A stretch of DNA of 64,000 nt from a virus (taxonomy: Duplodnaviria; Caudoviricetes): IMG/VR virus record IMGVR_UViG_3300037418_000840, one strand, 5' to 3'. The translations under genes were made by a program, and so were the position numbers. Below the pieces are notes generated by a model. It searched no databases. It was not told the origin of the DNA and saw nothing but the letters and a program-made list of their open reading frames with translations. Positions 46,127 through 53,817 of the stretch are shown here, piece after piece. Position 1 is the first letter of the stretch. Each line of letters starts with the position of its first letter.

Positions 46127-46155
46127 AAAAAGCGGGAGGACCTTGGCCCTCCCCG
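46127..46155 (-). terminator. intrinsic terminator
   Basis: GGGAGG/CCTCCC stem followed by TTTTT, downstream of acpP. Confidence 0.75.
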
Positions 46156-46199
46156 TAAAGCTGACGCGCCGCACGCAGGCAGCGCGTCAGCGCCACAAC

Positions 46200-46436
46200 T
46201 TAGATCTTGCGATTGGCCCTCACGTAGTTAGCGACATCATTGATGGTCGAGAACTTCTCGGCTTCTTCATCAGGGATCTCCATACCGAACTCGTCTTCGA
46301 ACATCATGACGAGCTCGACCGTGTCGAGGCTATCGGCCCCGAGATCATCCACGAACTTGGTTTCCGGGGTGATCTGATCACTCAAACCCAGGTGTTCGGC
46401 CGTCAGCTTGATTACGCGTTCCAGAATGTTGTCCAT
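46200..46436 (-). CDS. acpP: acyl carrier protein
   Basis: [34 protein letters not shown] with the phosphopantetheine Ser intact. Confidence 0.95.
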   Translation of the reverse strand: MDNILERVIKLTAEHLGLSDQITPETKFVDDLGADSLDTVELVMMFEDEFGMEIPDEEAEKFSTINDVANYVRANRKI

Positions 46437-46475
46437 CAGCGGTCCTCTATGTTGGTTGGGGTCAATACTGCTTTC

Positions 46476-46483
46476 TATTTACT
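46476..46483 (-). promoter_or_regulatory. AGTAAATA promoter-like motif
   Basis: About 40 nt upstream of acpP. Confidence 0.55.
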
Positions 46484-46491
46484 GCCCCATT

Positions 46492-46683
46492 TCAGTCGTG
46501 GCCGTGTACCGAATTGCGTTGAATCAGGTCGAAGGCACGCGCAGCCCCGCACGAAAAGGCGATCGTATGCTCGATTCCCCTGTGATGACATGTCTTGTTG
46601 GTGACGAACGGACACCGGTCTTTGAACGGACATTCGGTCCGGGCCGGAATCTTCCCGTTGATGAGGAGTGTCATTTGTCCCAT
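46492..46683 (-). CDS. small Cys-rich protein
   Basis: CPF...CPF...CHH...FSCG. Confidence 0.6.
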   Translation of the reverse strand: MGQMTLLINGKIPARTECPFKDRCPFVTNKTCHHRGIEHTIAFSCGAARAFDLIQRNSVHGHD

Positions 46684-46684
46684 A

Positions 46685-46948
46685 TCAGAACCCGTAGGCG
46701 GTTTTCATGTCAGTGGGCGACATGTGCTGTTCGCTGGGCAATCCGCTGTCCATCTGGGCGATGACGATTCGTCCTGTATGAAGGTTCGTCAACAGGTTAT
46801 CCCATTCGACATGGATCCAGGACGGACGGATGTCACCACGTCCGACACGGAAACGCCACGTCAGGCGATCGACGTTGAGCTTGGCCGTCTGCGTTTCTTC
46901 GATCTGCTGCAGAACGAACGCGGCTTGTGCTTGAGTCAAGAGGCTCAT
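46685..46948 (-). CDS. hypothetical protein
   Basis: GGAG RBS. Confidence 0.6.
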   Translation of the reverse strand: MSLLTQAQAAFVLQQIEETQTAKLNVDRLTWRFRVGRGDIRPSWIHVEWDNLLTNLHTGRIVIAQMDSGLPSEQHMSPTDMKTAYGF

Positions 46949-46960
46949 GTTGATCTCCGA

Positions 46961-47632
46961 TTACTGATCATCGCTTTCGGGAATGGTTCCATTTTCAGCT
47001 ACTTCGGGATCACGCCATTCGCCATGACCGATCAACTCGCGTTCGGTCTGGCTCATTTTGCGCAGGACCGCGTCACGACGACGAATCTTCTCTTCTTGCT
47101 CCCGTCGATAGGCTATCACGCGCTCGAGCGCCTCTTTGATATGCTTGAACTCCCATTCCTCACTTCGGAGGGAGAGCCAATGCTCACCTTCCTCAAGGCG
47201 ATCTTCGCCCGGCGTATAGATCTCGAACCGAACAGCGGGGCACCCCATATTCTCCTCGAGCAACGTCGTGTGGTCTTTGTAATCAGGGATGAAATGAGTG
47301 CTGACTCGCGTTCCGTGGGCCTTCGATCGAGACAAAAGGCTGGCGATGGTCATCAAGTCAAAGATGCGGATCTTCTTGGCATCAGCCTCCTTGGACGTCA
47401 ACTCCTTGACAACCTTGCCTGCAACGGCCGCCGACTTCTTGGTCTTAGACCTAATTGCGTCAGCCAACGTGACGGGGACTGCGCCGATCCGATCGGGGTG
47501 TAAGCCAATGGTCGACTTGGTCTTACGTTTCGTGACCGAGGTCTTCGGAGGCGGTTCCACATAGGGACCAACTGCGCGGCGGCTGATCGTCGGGTCCATC
47601 GAGGAAACTTTGCTCTTCTTCGTCTTTGCCAT
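46961..47632 (-). CDS. hypothetical protein with a basic N-terminus
   Basis: Probable start MAKTKKSK. Confidence 0.6.
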   Translation of the reverse strand: MAKTKKSKVSSMDPTISRRAVGPYVEPPPKTSVTKRKTKSTIGLHPDRIGAVPVTLADAIRSKTKKSAAVAGKVVKELTSKEADAKKIRIFDLMTIASLLSRSKAHGTRVSTHFIPDYKDHTTLLEENMGCPAVRFEIYTPGEDRLEEGEHWLSLRSEEWEFKHIKEALERVIAYRREQEEKIRRRDAVLRKMSQTERELIGHGEWRDPEVAENGTIPESDDQ

Positions 47633-47640
47633 TTTGCACC

Positions 47641-47835
47641 TTACAGATTCAGATACGACATCATCAGTTGATGGAAGACCACCATATCGCACGTCGGTTC
47701 GTATGGGGACGGCGAATAGGCGGCGGTCAAACTTAGGGCTGCGTGCGCGAACTCGGGACTGATTCCGGTCTGCTTGAGGTACTGACCTGCGATGAACAGT
47801 TCAGTTAGCTCATAGATGTTGCGTGGCGTGTTCAT
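47641..47835 (-). CDS. hypothetical protein
   Basis: Tiling. Confidence 0.5.
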   Translation of the reverse strand: MNTPRNIYELTELFIAGQYLKQTGISPEFAHAALSLTAAYSPSPYEPTCDMVVFHQLMMSYLNL

Positions 47836-48097
47836 CGGTTGGGATCCTCACCGGAGGGCGATTGTAGAACTGGACGCGCTTGATTCGCGGATCAAACGGC
47901 CACCGTGCGCCCTCGGGCTTGAGACAAGCCCCAACGTAGACAATGACCGGCCGCCCACGATGGACCAAGGGCTCTTTGCAGATCTCCTCACACCAGAACT
48001 CCGGTCGGCGCGAGGCCATTCGGCGAAGTTGAAACAGGACGACGCGAATGCGTGCTACCAGAATTGTCAGGGTCTCCATGCGTCTCATGCTTTTCAT
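47810..48097 (-). CDS. hypothetical protein
   Basis: ATGA overlap with the upstream stop. Confidence 0.4.
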   Translation of the reverse strand: MKSMRRMETLTILVARIRVVLFQLRRMASRRPEFWCEEICKEPLVHRGRPVIVYVGACLKPEGARWPFDPRIKRVQFYNRPPVRIPTDEHATQHL

Positions 48098-49011
48098 TTT
48101 TCGATATCAAATGGACTGATTCCAAATCCCGAGAGGGTAAACTTACGCACACGTTCTCCCAGGTCTTCGTCTACAAAGCGGATTGCGTATGGTGTGCCCG
48201 AACCACCAAACGTGTCGAACGGATTGTGACCCATGCACATTCCATGGGCAGACCCTTCCTTCAAGGCATCGATGATTTGATCCTTGTTCCATTTGAAGAG
48301 CCCGCCCTCCAGGGGATTCCGAACCTCGACGGTGCGCCCAAGGAGTTTTGCCAGTTCGGCCTCCTCACGCAAGTCCTTGAACTGGATAGGTTCCTTGTTG
48401 TACCACTTGTAGACCAATCCGCGTTCGGCCAATGCCAAACTACTCTGCCGTAGGTACTGGAGACCACGACTACGGCCCATGCTGTCGTACAAGCGTACAC
48501 CATATGAGGGGTCTTTGTCGAAGTCCTCCCACTGATACTGGATCGTCTGGACGATGCCGTATGCCCCGCCGTCCGTAACGCCAGAACGCCACAGTAGATG
48601 AACACGATCCTGTTCCCAGAACAGGGTTGGCGGTAGGTCACCGACGCGGACTGTATTGAGCAGCCGGTCCTTGATCTCATTGTATGAATCAAGGTTCTTC
48701 TTGAGAACGGGTTGCACCCATTCCACGTCCTGACGACGTTGTGCTTCTTGCAGATCGGCTAAGACCAACGAGTAGTCATCTCCATCGGTGGTCTCACCGG
48801 TTTCCCACTGGACAACACAGGTCCCATCGATCTCGTAGACGCCATGTGTGTCCGCACGATAGCCAATGCGTTCACGGTAACGGAGGACCCGCGTCTTGCT
48901 GAGGACCTTTCCGCGCACACCGTCGGCAGGTCCCGGACGACCCCAGCTACGGGCCTCGGGGTCCATCTTCATAATGACTTCGTCACCAGGACGAAAGAGT
49001 TCGGACATCAT
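48094..49011 (-). CDS. hypothetical protein (SH3/KOW-like beta modules possible)
   Basis: FRPGDEV and FWEQDRV repeats of KOW-like starts. Confidence 0.7.
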   Translation of the reverse strand: MMSELFRPGDEVIMKMDPEARSWGRPGPADGVRGKVLSKTRVLRYRERIGYRADTHGVYEIDGTCVVQWETGETTDGDDYSLVLADLQEAQRRQDVEWVQPVLKKNLDSYNEIKDRLLNTVRVGDLPPTLFWEQDRVHLLWRSGVTDGGAYGIVQTIQYQWEDFDKDPSYGVRLYDSMGRSRGLQYLRQSSLALAERGLVYKWYNKEPIQFKDLREEAELAKLLGRTVEVRNPLEGGLFKWNKDQIIDALKEGSAHGMCMGHNPFDTFGGSGTPYAIRFVDEDLGERVRKFTLSGFGISPFDIEK

Positions 49012-49073
49012 AGTGTTTCTCACTGTAAGATTAGGAGTTGAACGACGCTACGCTTTGCGTTGTCTAATAAGAC

Positions 49074-49556
49074 CTAGACCACTTGATGGTTGGCGACCTG
49101 CATGTTCGGGTAAGACTTGGCATAGCCGTTCAGCCATTCCGGCCCCACCTTGCGCTTACTGGTTTTGAACTCAGTGGGCATTTCGTTCTCGTCGAGATCC
49201 GACTTAGAGAAGGCGACAAGATAGCCACGACGAGCCGCGTCTCTCATCTTGAGCAGCATCTGCGCACGACAGAAAAGGAAGGCCACGAAGCTTTCACTGC
49301 TGAAGAAGCCGAAGGGGCCGGCGTTGTTCGCCCACTTGAGCAGCGCTTCGCGCTCGCCGCTATCGACGTTGGGGAAGAAAGTGACTGCCATACCAGTCGG
49401 GTCCAGCACGTTGTCGCCCTTAGCTTCTGCGATCTTGCGCGTACCCCGATAAAGGTTGGCGACCCAACTGCCATCGGCAGCGATCACCATCTTGTTCATG
49501 CTGTATTCGCCACAGATGGCACGGAAGCGTGCTATGACGTCGATTTCGTTCTTCAT
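49074..49556 (-). CDS. hypothetical early protein
   Basis: Start reassigned to MKNEIDV after the RBS hairpin. Confidence 0.7.
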   Translation of the reverse strand: MKNEIDVIARFRAICGEYSMNKMVIAADGSWVANLYRGTRKIAEAKGDNVLDPTGMAVTFFPNVDSGEREALLKWANNAGPFGFFSSESFVAFLFCRAQMLLKMRDAARRGYLVAFSKSDLDENEMPTEFKTSKRKVGPEWLNGYAKSYPNMQVANHQVV

Positions 49557-49561
49557 GTTCG

Positions 49562-49578
49562 TGTCCTTTCGATAGACA
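49562..49578 (-). promoter_or_regulatory. conserved RBS hairpin (UGUC-UAUCGAAAG-GACA)
   Basis: One of seven copies. Confidence 0.75.
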
Positions 49579-49603
49579 GAGATGGTTCGAGGCACAGCCT
49601 AGT

Positions 49604-50191
49604 CTAGCTGTGCATCAGCTGCAACAGATTGGCCGATCGCTTAGTCGGAGCTACCTTGAAGCCCGCCAACTTGCGTTGTCCGATGATCCGGGTGTAACAC
49701 GCGGCCACCAAATCGTAGCGTTCGGCACTGAGATGCCGAAGTAGGTCAGGATTCAGTATGAACAGACGATGGGCCTCCGCGAAGTCTTCCTGCCAGCAGG
49801 AACGCGCATAACTGGTCACTGCGTGACGACGATCGTTGGCAAACAGATCACGTTGAAGCTGGATCAGCGTTCGCGCCCGAAGTTCATAGAGCTTGAACTG
49901 GACGAGGTGCCCGATCTCATGGGCAAGAACACCAGTAGGACTCATGTCGGATTTGCCGCACGGCGCCGAGTAGGGACTTGCCGCACGGAACTTGACCGTT
50001 CCCTTTGCCGATAGATGAACATGACCCTGCGGTGTGGCATAGCCACGACTACCGTCGTTGATCACTGGGTCTATCACCAGACGGTTGAACCCAACTGCTT
50101 TATGGAAATCAGAATTGAGGAGTACCGCCGGAGCATTGTCCAGGATGGACTGGCGGCAGAGTTCATAGTTCTCGACAGGAGAGCGAGCCAT
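49604..50191 (-). CDS. zincin-like metallopeptidase
   Basis: LAHEIGHLV plus downstream SYA...QEDFAE third-ligand motif. Confidence 0.75.
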   Translation of the reverse strand: MARSPVENYELCRQSILDNAPAVLLNSDFHKAVGFNRLVIDPVINDGSRGYATPQGHVHLSAKGTVKFRAASPYSAPCGKSDMSPTGVLAHEIGHLVQFKLYELRARTLIQLQRDLFANDRRHAVTSYARSCWQEDFAEAHRLFILNPDLLRHLSAERYDLVAACYTRIIGQRKLAGFKVAPTKRSANLLQLMHS

Positions 50192-50200
50192 GATTGGGAT

Positions 50201-50217
50201 TGTCCTTTCGATAGACA
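50201..50217 (-). promoter_or_regulatory. conserved RBS hairpin (UGUC-UAUCGAAAG-GACA)
   Basis: One of seven copies. Confidence 0.75.
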
Positions 50218-50230
50218 GAGAAATCGTTGG

Positions 50231-50581
50231 TCAAACAGCGCCCAGGGCTTCGAACAGATCGTTCAGGATCTCGTTGATCGAACCCGGTATCGTGTAGACT
50301 TCTTCGCCGTCGGTCATGGCGATCATGAGTTCGCCAGTGACATCATCGGCATCACCGCTGCTGATGTCTTCACCGCAGCAGATGGTGCGCAGACCTTGCT
50401 CATCGAAGTCGGCAAGCCATGCTTCGACCGTGTCAAGCCGATCGACTTCGCCTTTGGCCTGCAAATCATTGACCACGAGGTCATACGACGGTTGCACGAC
50501 GTCGAGACCAAAGCCCGTGTCCACGGCCATGAGGGCCAGACATTGCATGATCTTGGGATGTTTCGCTTGTTGCTCGTTCAT
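50231..50581 (-). CDS. acidic hypothetical early protein
   Basis: Start reassigned to MNEQQAK after the RBS hairpin. Confidence 0.7.
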   Translation of the reverse strand: MNEQQAKHPKIMQCLALMAVDTGFGLDVVQPSYDLVVNDLQAKGEVDRLDTVEAWLADFDEQGLRTICCGEDISSGDADDVTGELMIAMTDGEEVYTIPGSINEILNDLFEALGAV

Positions 50582-50587
50582 AGCAGT

Positions 50588-50604
50588 CACCCTTTCGATA
50601 GGTG
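50588..50604 (-). promoter_or_regulatory. conserved RBS hairpin (CACC-UAUCGAAAG-GGUG)
   Basis: One of seven copies. Confidence 0.75.
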
Positions 50605-50657
50605 GTTGATTAGAGGCCCCGGAGGGCCTCACGCTGATTTGGCTTAGTAGCCAAAGT

Positions 50658-51080
50658 TCAAACGAAGAAGCCGATGCTCAGATCGTCTGGCTTCTGAATT
50701 CCGTGGCTTACACCTTCCGTCTCGTACCACTTCAACAGTTCCGTCATTGCTGTGTGTACCGCTTCACGAGTGAAGTACATGACGGGCTGTACCATGTCGT
50801 CCTGGGTCTTAACCCACTTCGGCGCGAAGATCAAGCCGTGCATATGGAACCCAGCGAAGAACTCCGACTTGGCGAACGGCGTTTGATCATTACCGCTCAC
50901 AATGAAAAACGGTCGCACGCTTTGGTATCGCGCTTCGAGCTCAGCATGCGGGAACTTGCGTCGTTCTTCGGCCCTACGAGCTAGACGCTCTTCCTCGACA
51001 CAGTTCGGGCACTGCCGATCATACGCATACTTGTGTTTCATGCAGTAGCCGGAGGTCTTGCTAGGAATCTTGCGTGTCAT
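50658..51080 (-). CDS. hypothetical early protein with a Zn-knuckle-like N-terminus
   Basis: Start MTRKIPSK; C..H...CPNC. Confidence 0.7.
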   Translation of the reverse strand: MTRKIPSKTSGYCMKHKYAYDRQCPNCVEEERLARRAEERRKFPHAELEARYQSVRPFFIVSGNDQTPFAKSEFFAGFHMHGLIFAPKWVKTQDDMVQPVMYFTREAVHTAMTELLKWYETEGVSHGIQKPDDLSIGFFV

Positions 51081-51086
51081 GTCTTG

Positions 51087-51103
51087 TACCTTTTCGATAG
51101 GTA
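51087..51103 (-). promoter_or_regulatory. conserved RBS hairpin (UACC-UAUCGAAAA-GGUA)
   Basis: One of seven copies. Confidence 0.7.
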
Positions 51104-51111
51104 GATGTACC

Positions 51112-51132
51112 AAAAGGAGCCCGAAGGCTCCT
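51112..51132 (-). terminator. intrinsic terminator
   Basis: AGGAGC/GCTCCT stem around CTTCGG, followed by TTT. Confidence 0.75.
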
Positions 51133-51142
51133 CACGATGCTG

Positions 51143-51430
51143 TTACTCGGCTTTGTCGACAGTATAGCCCTCAAGGTGCATATCGAGCATGCCGACGATG
51201 CGAACGACTTGTGTATGTACGGCCGTCGCACATGCGAACCAGCCGTCATTGTCCCAGTGCAGCGTCTCGAGCGTCCGCTCCCCCTTGTATGATTTCGGGT
51301 GAAGTCCAATCGCTACGATAAGCGCGATCTCGTTGGGTGCGTCGTTCCATGTAAGCTCGACCCACTGCCCTACTTTAAGATCTGCTACGTTGACACCGTG
51401 CTTGTTGATGCGGAAGTCAGGCTTTGCCAT
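51143..51430 (-). CDS. hypothetical early protein (SH3-like)
   Basis: Start MAKPDFR; LKVGQWVEL. Confidence 0.7.
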   Translation of the reverse strand: MAKPDFRINKHGVNVADLKVGQWVELTWNDAPNEIALIVAIGLHPKSYKGERTLETLHWDNDGWFACATAVHTQVVRIVGMLDMHLEGYTVDKAE

Positions 51431-51434
51431 TGTG

Positions 51435-51453
51435 TAACCCTTTCGGTAGGTTA
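51435..51453 (-). promoter_or_regulatory. conserved RBS hairpin (UAACC-UACCGAAAG-GGUUA)
   Basis: One of seven copies. Confidence 0.75.
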
Positions 51454-51537
51454 GGAAACGCAAGGCATGCCGCGCGTGCGGCCCTTGGCCGGTACTTTGG
51501 CCCTTGGCTTGTTCTACGTGCGGCACGCCCGCACCTT

Positions 51538-51590
51538 ATTATACCACGCACGGCCTTCGTGCAAGGACTGACTGTTGTAGAAAAACAACA
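51538..51590 (-). promoter_or_regulatory. extended -10 promoter with upstream TGTTG-N8-CAACA dyad
   Basis: TGGTATAAT; TTGCAC 15 nt upstream; dyad at 51573-51590; strongly similar to 32755-32825. Confidence 0.8.
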
Positions 51591-51603
51591 CCCAAACGGA
51601 TCC

Positions 51604-51762
51604 TCACTCCCCTCGCTTTCGCTTCAAGAGCGGTCGCAAGAGGAATCCGCTCTCGTCATCGTCCATGACGGCGTCATGTCGAGCACCAACGCGGCAGCAC
51701 GAGACAGTCACTAGCGCGATCAGTGCAACCCCTAGTCCCACGAGCAAGCTATAGAACAGCAT
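51604..51762 (-). CDS. small membrane protein
   Basis: MLFYSLLVGLGVALIALVTVSCC; GGAGG RBS. Confidence 0.6.
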   Translation of the reverse strand: MLFYSLLVGLGVALIALVTVSCCRVGARHDAVMDDDESGFLLRPLLKRKRGE

Positions 51763-51778
51763 TGTGGACCTCCCCAGG

Positions 51779-52093
51779 TCACAGATCATATCCGCGTTTC
51801 ACAAGCGTGAGCGCGTCGACTACTTCTTCTTTTGTAAGGTCTCGAGCCGCAAGATCGTAGCACGCCAGCGCGTGTTCCACATGCTTGAGGACCCTTCGTG
51901 CCACCTCCTTTTCTACTTGATCTAGTGGCTTGTCCTTCAGTGTGAGCACAACCTCGCCATCCATTGACAAGCTCATGACTTGAAGCTCAAACTTCTGGGC
52001 CGAACTGAACCCTGTATCGGTGGGACAGTTGTAGCTGAACACTTGATGCCGGCCCCGTGACTGTCCACACTTCTTACAAATCAAAATGCTCAT
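51779..52093 (-). CDS. hypothetical protein
   Basis: CKKCG...H...C. Confidence 0.6.
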   Translation of the reverse strand: MSILICKKCGQSRGRHQVFSYNCPTDTGFSSAQKFELQVMSLSMDGEVVLTLKDKPLDQVEKEVARRVLKHVEHALACYDLAARDLTKEEVVDALTLVKRGYDL

Positions 52094-52129
52094 GGTCTCT
52101 CGTGCTGCTAAGTTATGGCCTGCTTTCCA

Positions 52130-52342
52130 TCAGTCACCACGTGGATAGCATTCGGCTGTGCGGGTGATCACCATAGGAATAGCTGTATGGCCGTCATCAA
52201 CACTTCGCTGAAAGCGCATGGTGCGTGCTACTGATTCACAGTGCTGAGGTGACTCGTACACAGCGTCGAGCGTTGACTGCTGAATAGATGAGTGGCCGTT
52301 GTGTGCTACGATCATGGTCGTAACTAGGATAGCGAAGTTCAT
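52130..52342 (-). CDS. small hypothetical protein
   Basis: Coupled to the upstream stop; two Cys. Confidence 0.6.
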   Translation of the reverse strand: MNFAILVTTMIVAHNGHSSIQQSTLDAVYESPQHCESVARTMRFQRSVDDGHTAIPMVITRTAECYPRGD

Positions 52343-52986
52343 CAGTCAGCCTTCCCATGATGGTCGATCGAGGTCCGGCCTTCCATGTAGGCTTCCACCT
52401 TCTCGTAAGAGAAGGGACCGTAGCGGCCCATGATCTTGGGTCCGTTGTCCCAACCGACGTCGAGGATGCGTTTGTCGTGCAAGTTTGCACGCTCGTAATT
52501 GAAGTTGCCGTGTGAATGGCCGTGCAAGTGCCACGACTTGTGGTGACCGTTGTTCCATTCGGCAATCGGATGATGGTCCAGGACGATGCGGTGACCGTTG
52601 AGCTTGATCTCCGTACGATGCTCGACCACCGATTCGAACAGGTCCGATGACGCATAGAAGTCGAACAGCGTTCGGTCGTGGTTGCCGCACACGAGATGCT
52701 TGTGAACGCAGTTGATCTGCGAGATCCAGTAGCCTGCCATCCATTGATTGGCGCCGAAGTACACGTCGCCCAGGATGTACAGCTGATCACGCTCGGCCAC
52801 GTAGTAGTTCAGCGTGTCGATCACCCACTTGTTGTGTTCGTCGCTAGTTGCCGGGCCTGTGGCACCTGCCGCGCGGTGGAATTCACTTGCTTGCCATTGT
52901 CGTTGGAGATAGGCCCCGCGTTCGGTGTATTCGAGGATGCCCTCATGGTTGAGATGCAGGTCACTCGTAAACCAAGTTTGACTCAT
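52342..52986 (-). CDS. calcineurin-like metallophosphoesterase
   Basis: TSDLHLNH, ILGD, GNHD, HHP, LHGHSH. Confidence 0.92.
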   Translation of the reverse strand: MSQTWFTSDLHLNHEGILEYTERGAYLQRQWQASEFHRAAGATGPATSDEHNKWVIDTLNYYVAERDQLYILGDVYFGANQWMAGYWISQINCVHKHLVCGNHDRTLFDFYASSDLFESVVEHRTEIKLNGHRIVLDHHPIAEWNNGHHKSWHLHGHSHGNFNYERANLHDKRILDVGWDNGPKIMGRYGPFSYEKVEAYMEGRTSIDHHGKAD

Positions 52987-53177
52987 CGTTGATTCACCAA
53001 AAGAACGAGTCCAGCATACAGCAGCCAGACCACGAAGTTGCAAAACACGGCACGAACGGCCGCGACCGGCATTCCCGCACGATATCGGGTGCGGACCATG
53101 CTCAGAAGCTCAATCGTTGCGATGAACACAAGGATGAGCAACAGCGGCATGATCGATTTGACTTGTAGGATGGTCAT
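52983..53177 (-). CDS. small membrane protein
   Basis: Two TM segments. Confidence 0.65.
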   Translation of the reverse strand: MTILQVKSIMPLLLILVFIATIELLSMVRTRYRAGMPVAAVRAVFCNFVVWLLYAGLVLLVNQR

Positions 53178-53228
53178 GGTCTTCTCGCGTGCTATACGGT
53201 AGGCCCCAAGATAGGGCCGAGCCGCATC

Positions 53229-53708
53229 TTAGATGGTGGAACGCGGCATCGTGGTTGAACCTGAAGCGTCCGGGTCACCTTCACGCGCGTAACCATCGAC
53301 TACGGCCGTTGTGCGGTTCTCGCTAGTGTTGTGAAACGAACCATCCGGACGTGTCCCACCACCGAAGCCCTGAACCATGTTGCGTACCATGTTCGGCGCG
53401 AAGACGATCTTCATCGCTTGTTCGAAGGTCGCAGCACGCGCATCGGATACGGCGCGTGCCATTTCTACCGTATGAATCTGGGACTCGCGTCCGATCACAG
53501 CCTTCTCACGAGCATCAATCGCATCGACTAGCGCACGCTGTTCACGCACCTTGTTCTCGAGATGCAGTTTCGTTTCTTTCAAGTCGGCGACCTCTTGATT
53601 GCGTCGTTCGAGTTGGCGTTCGAGCTCCACCGCCTTGTCTTTCAATTGCCGGACAGCTTCCAGCGCGTCCAGGCTGAAGGTCTTCGATGCAACGAGATCA
53701 TCGATCAA
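53229..53708 (-). CDS. coiled-coil protein; the 5' end appears frameshifted (ATG with RBS at 53739 is out of frame)
   Basis: In-frame upstream stop at 53736-53738; strong AAGGA RBS precedes the out-of-frame ATG. Confidence 0.65.
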   Translation of the reverse strand: MIDDLVASKTFSLDALEAVRQLKDKAVELERQLERRNQEVADLKETKLHLENKVREQRALVDAIDAREKAVIGRESQIHTVEMARAVSDARAATFEQAMKIVFAPNMVRNMVQGFGGGTRPDGSFHNTSENRTTAVVDGYAREGDPDASGSTTMPRSTI

Positions 53709-53791
53709 GGTGGTGAGTTTGCGAGTTGACGGTGCTCATATTCGGGTCCTTATATGGTAAGAGGGCGGCCCCCTTCATGGGTTCCGCCCTC

Positions 53792-53799
53792 TATTTACC
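53792..53799 (-). promoter_or_regulatory. GGTAAATA motif abutting a hairpin
   Basis: Stem GAGGGCGG/CCGCCCTC at 53761-53791 starts immediately after the motif. Confidence 0.55.
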
Positions 53800-53817
53800 A
53801 CAGACCGCAGGACTTGT

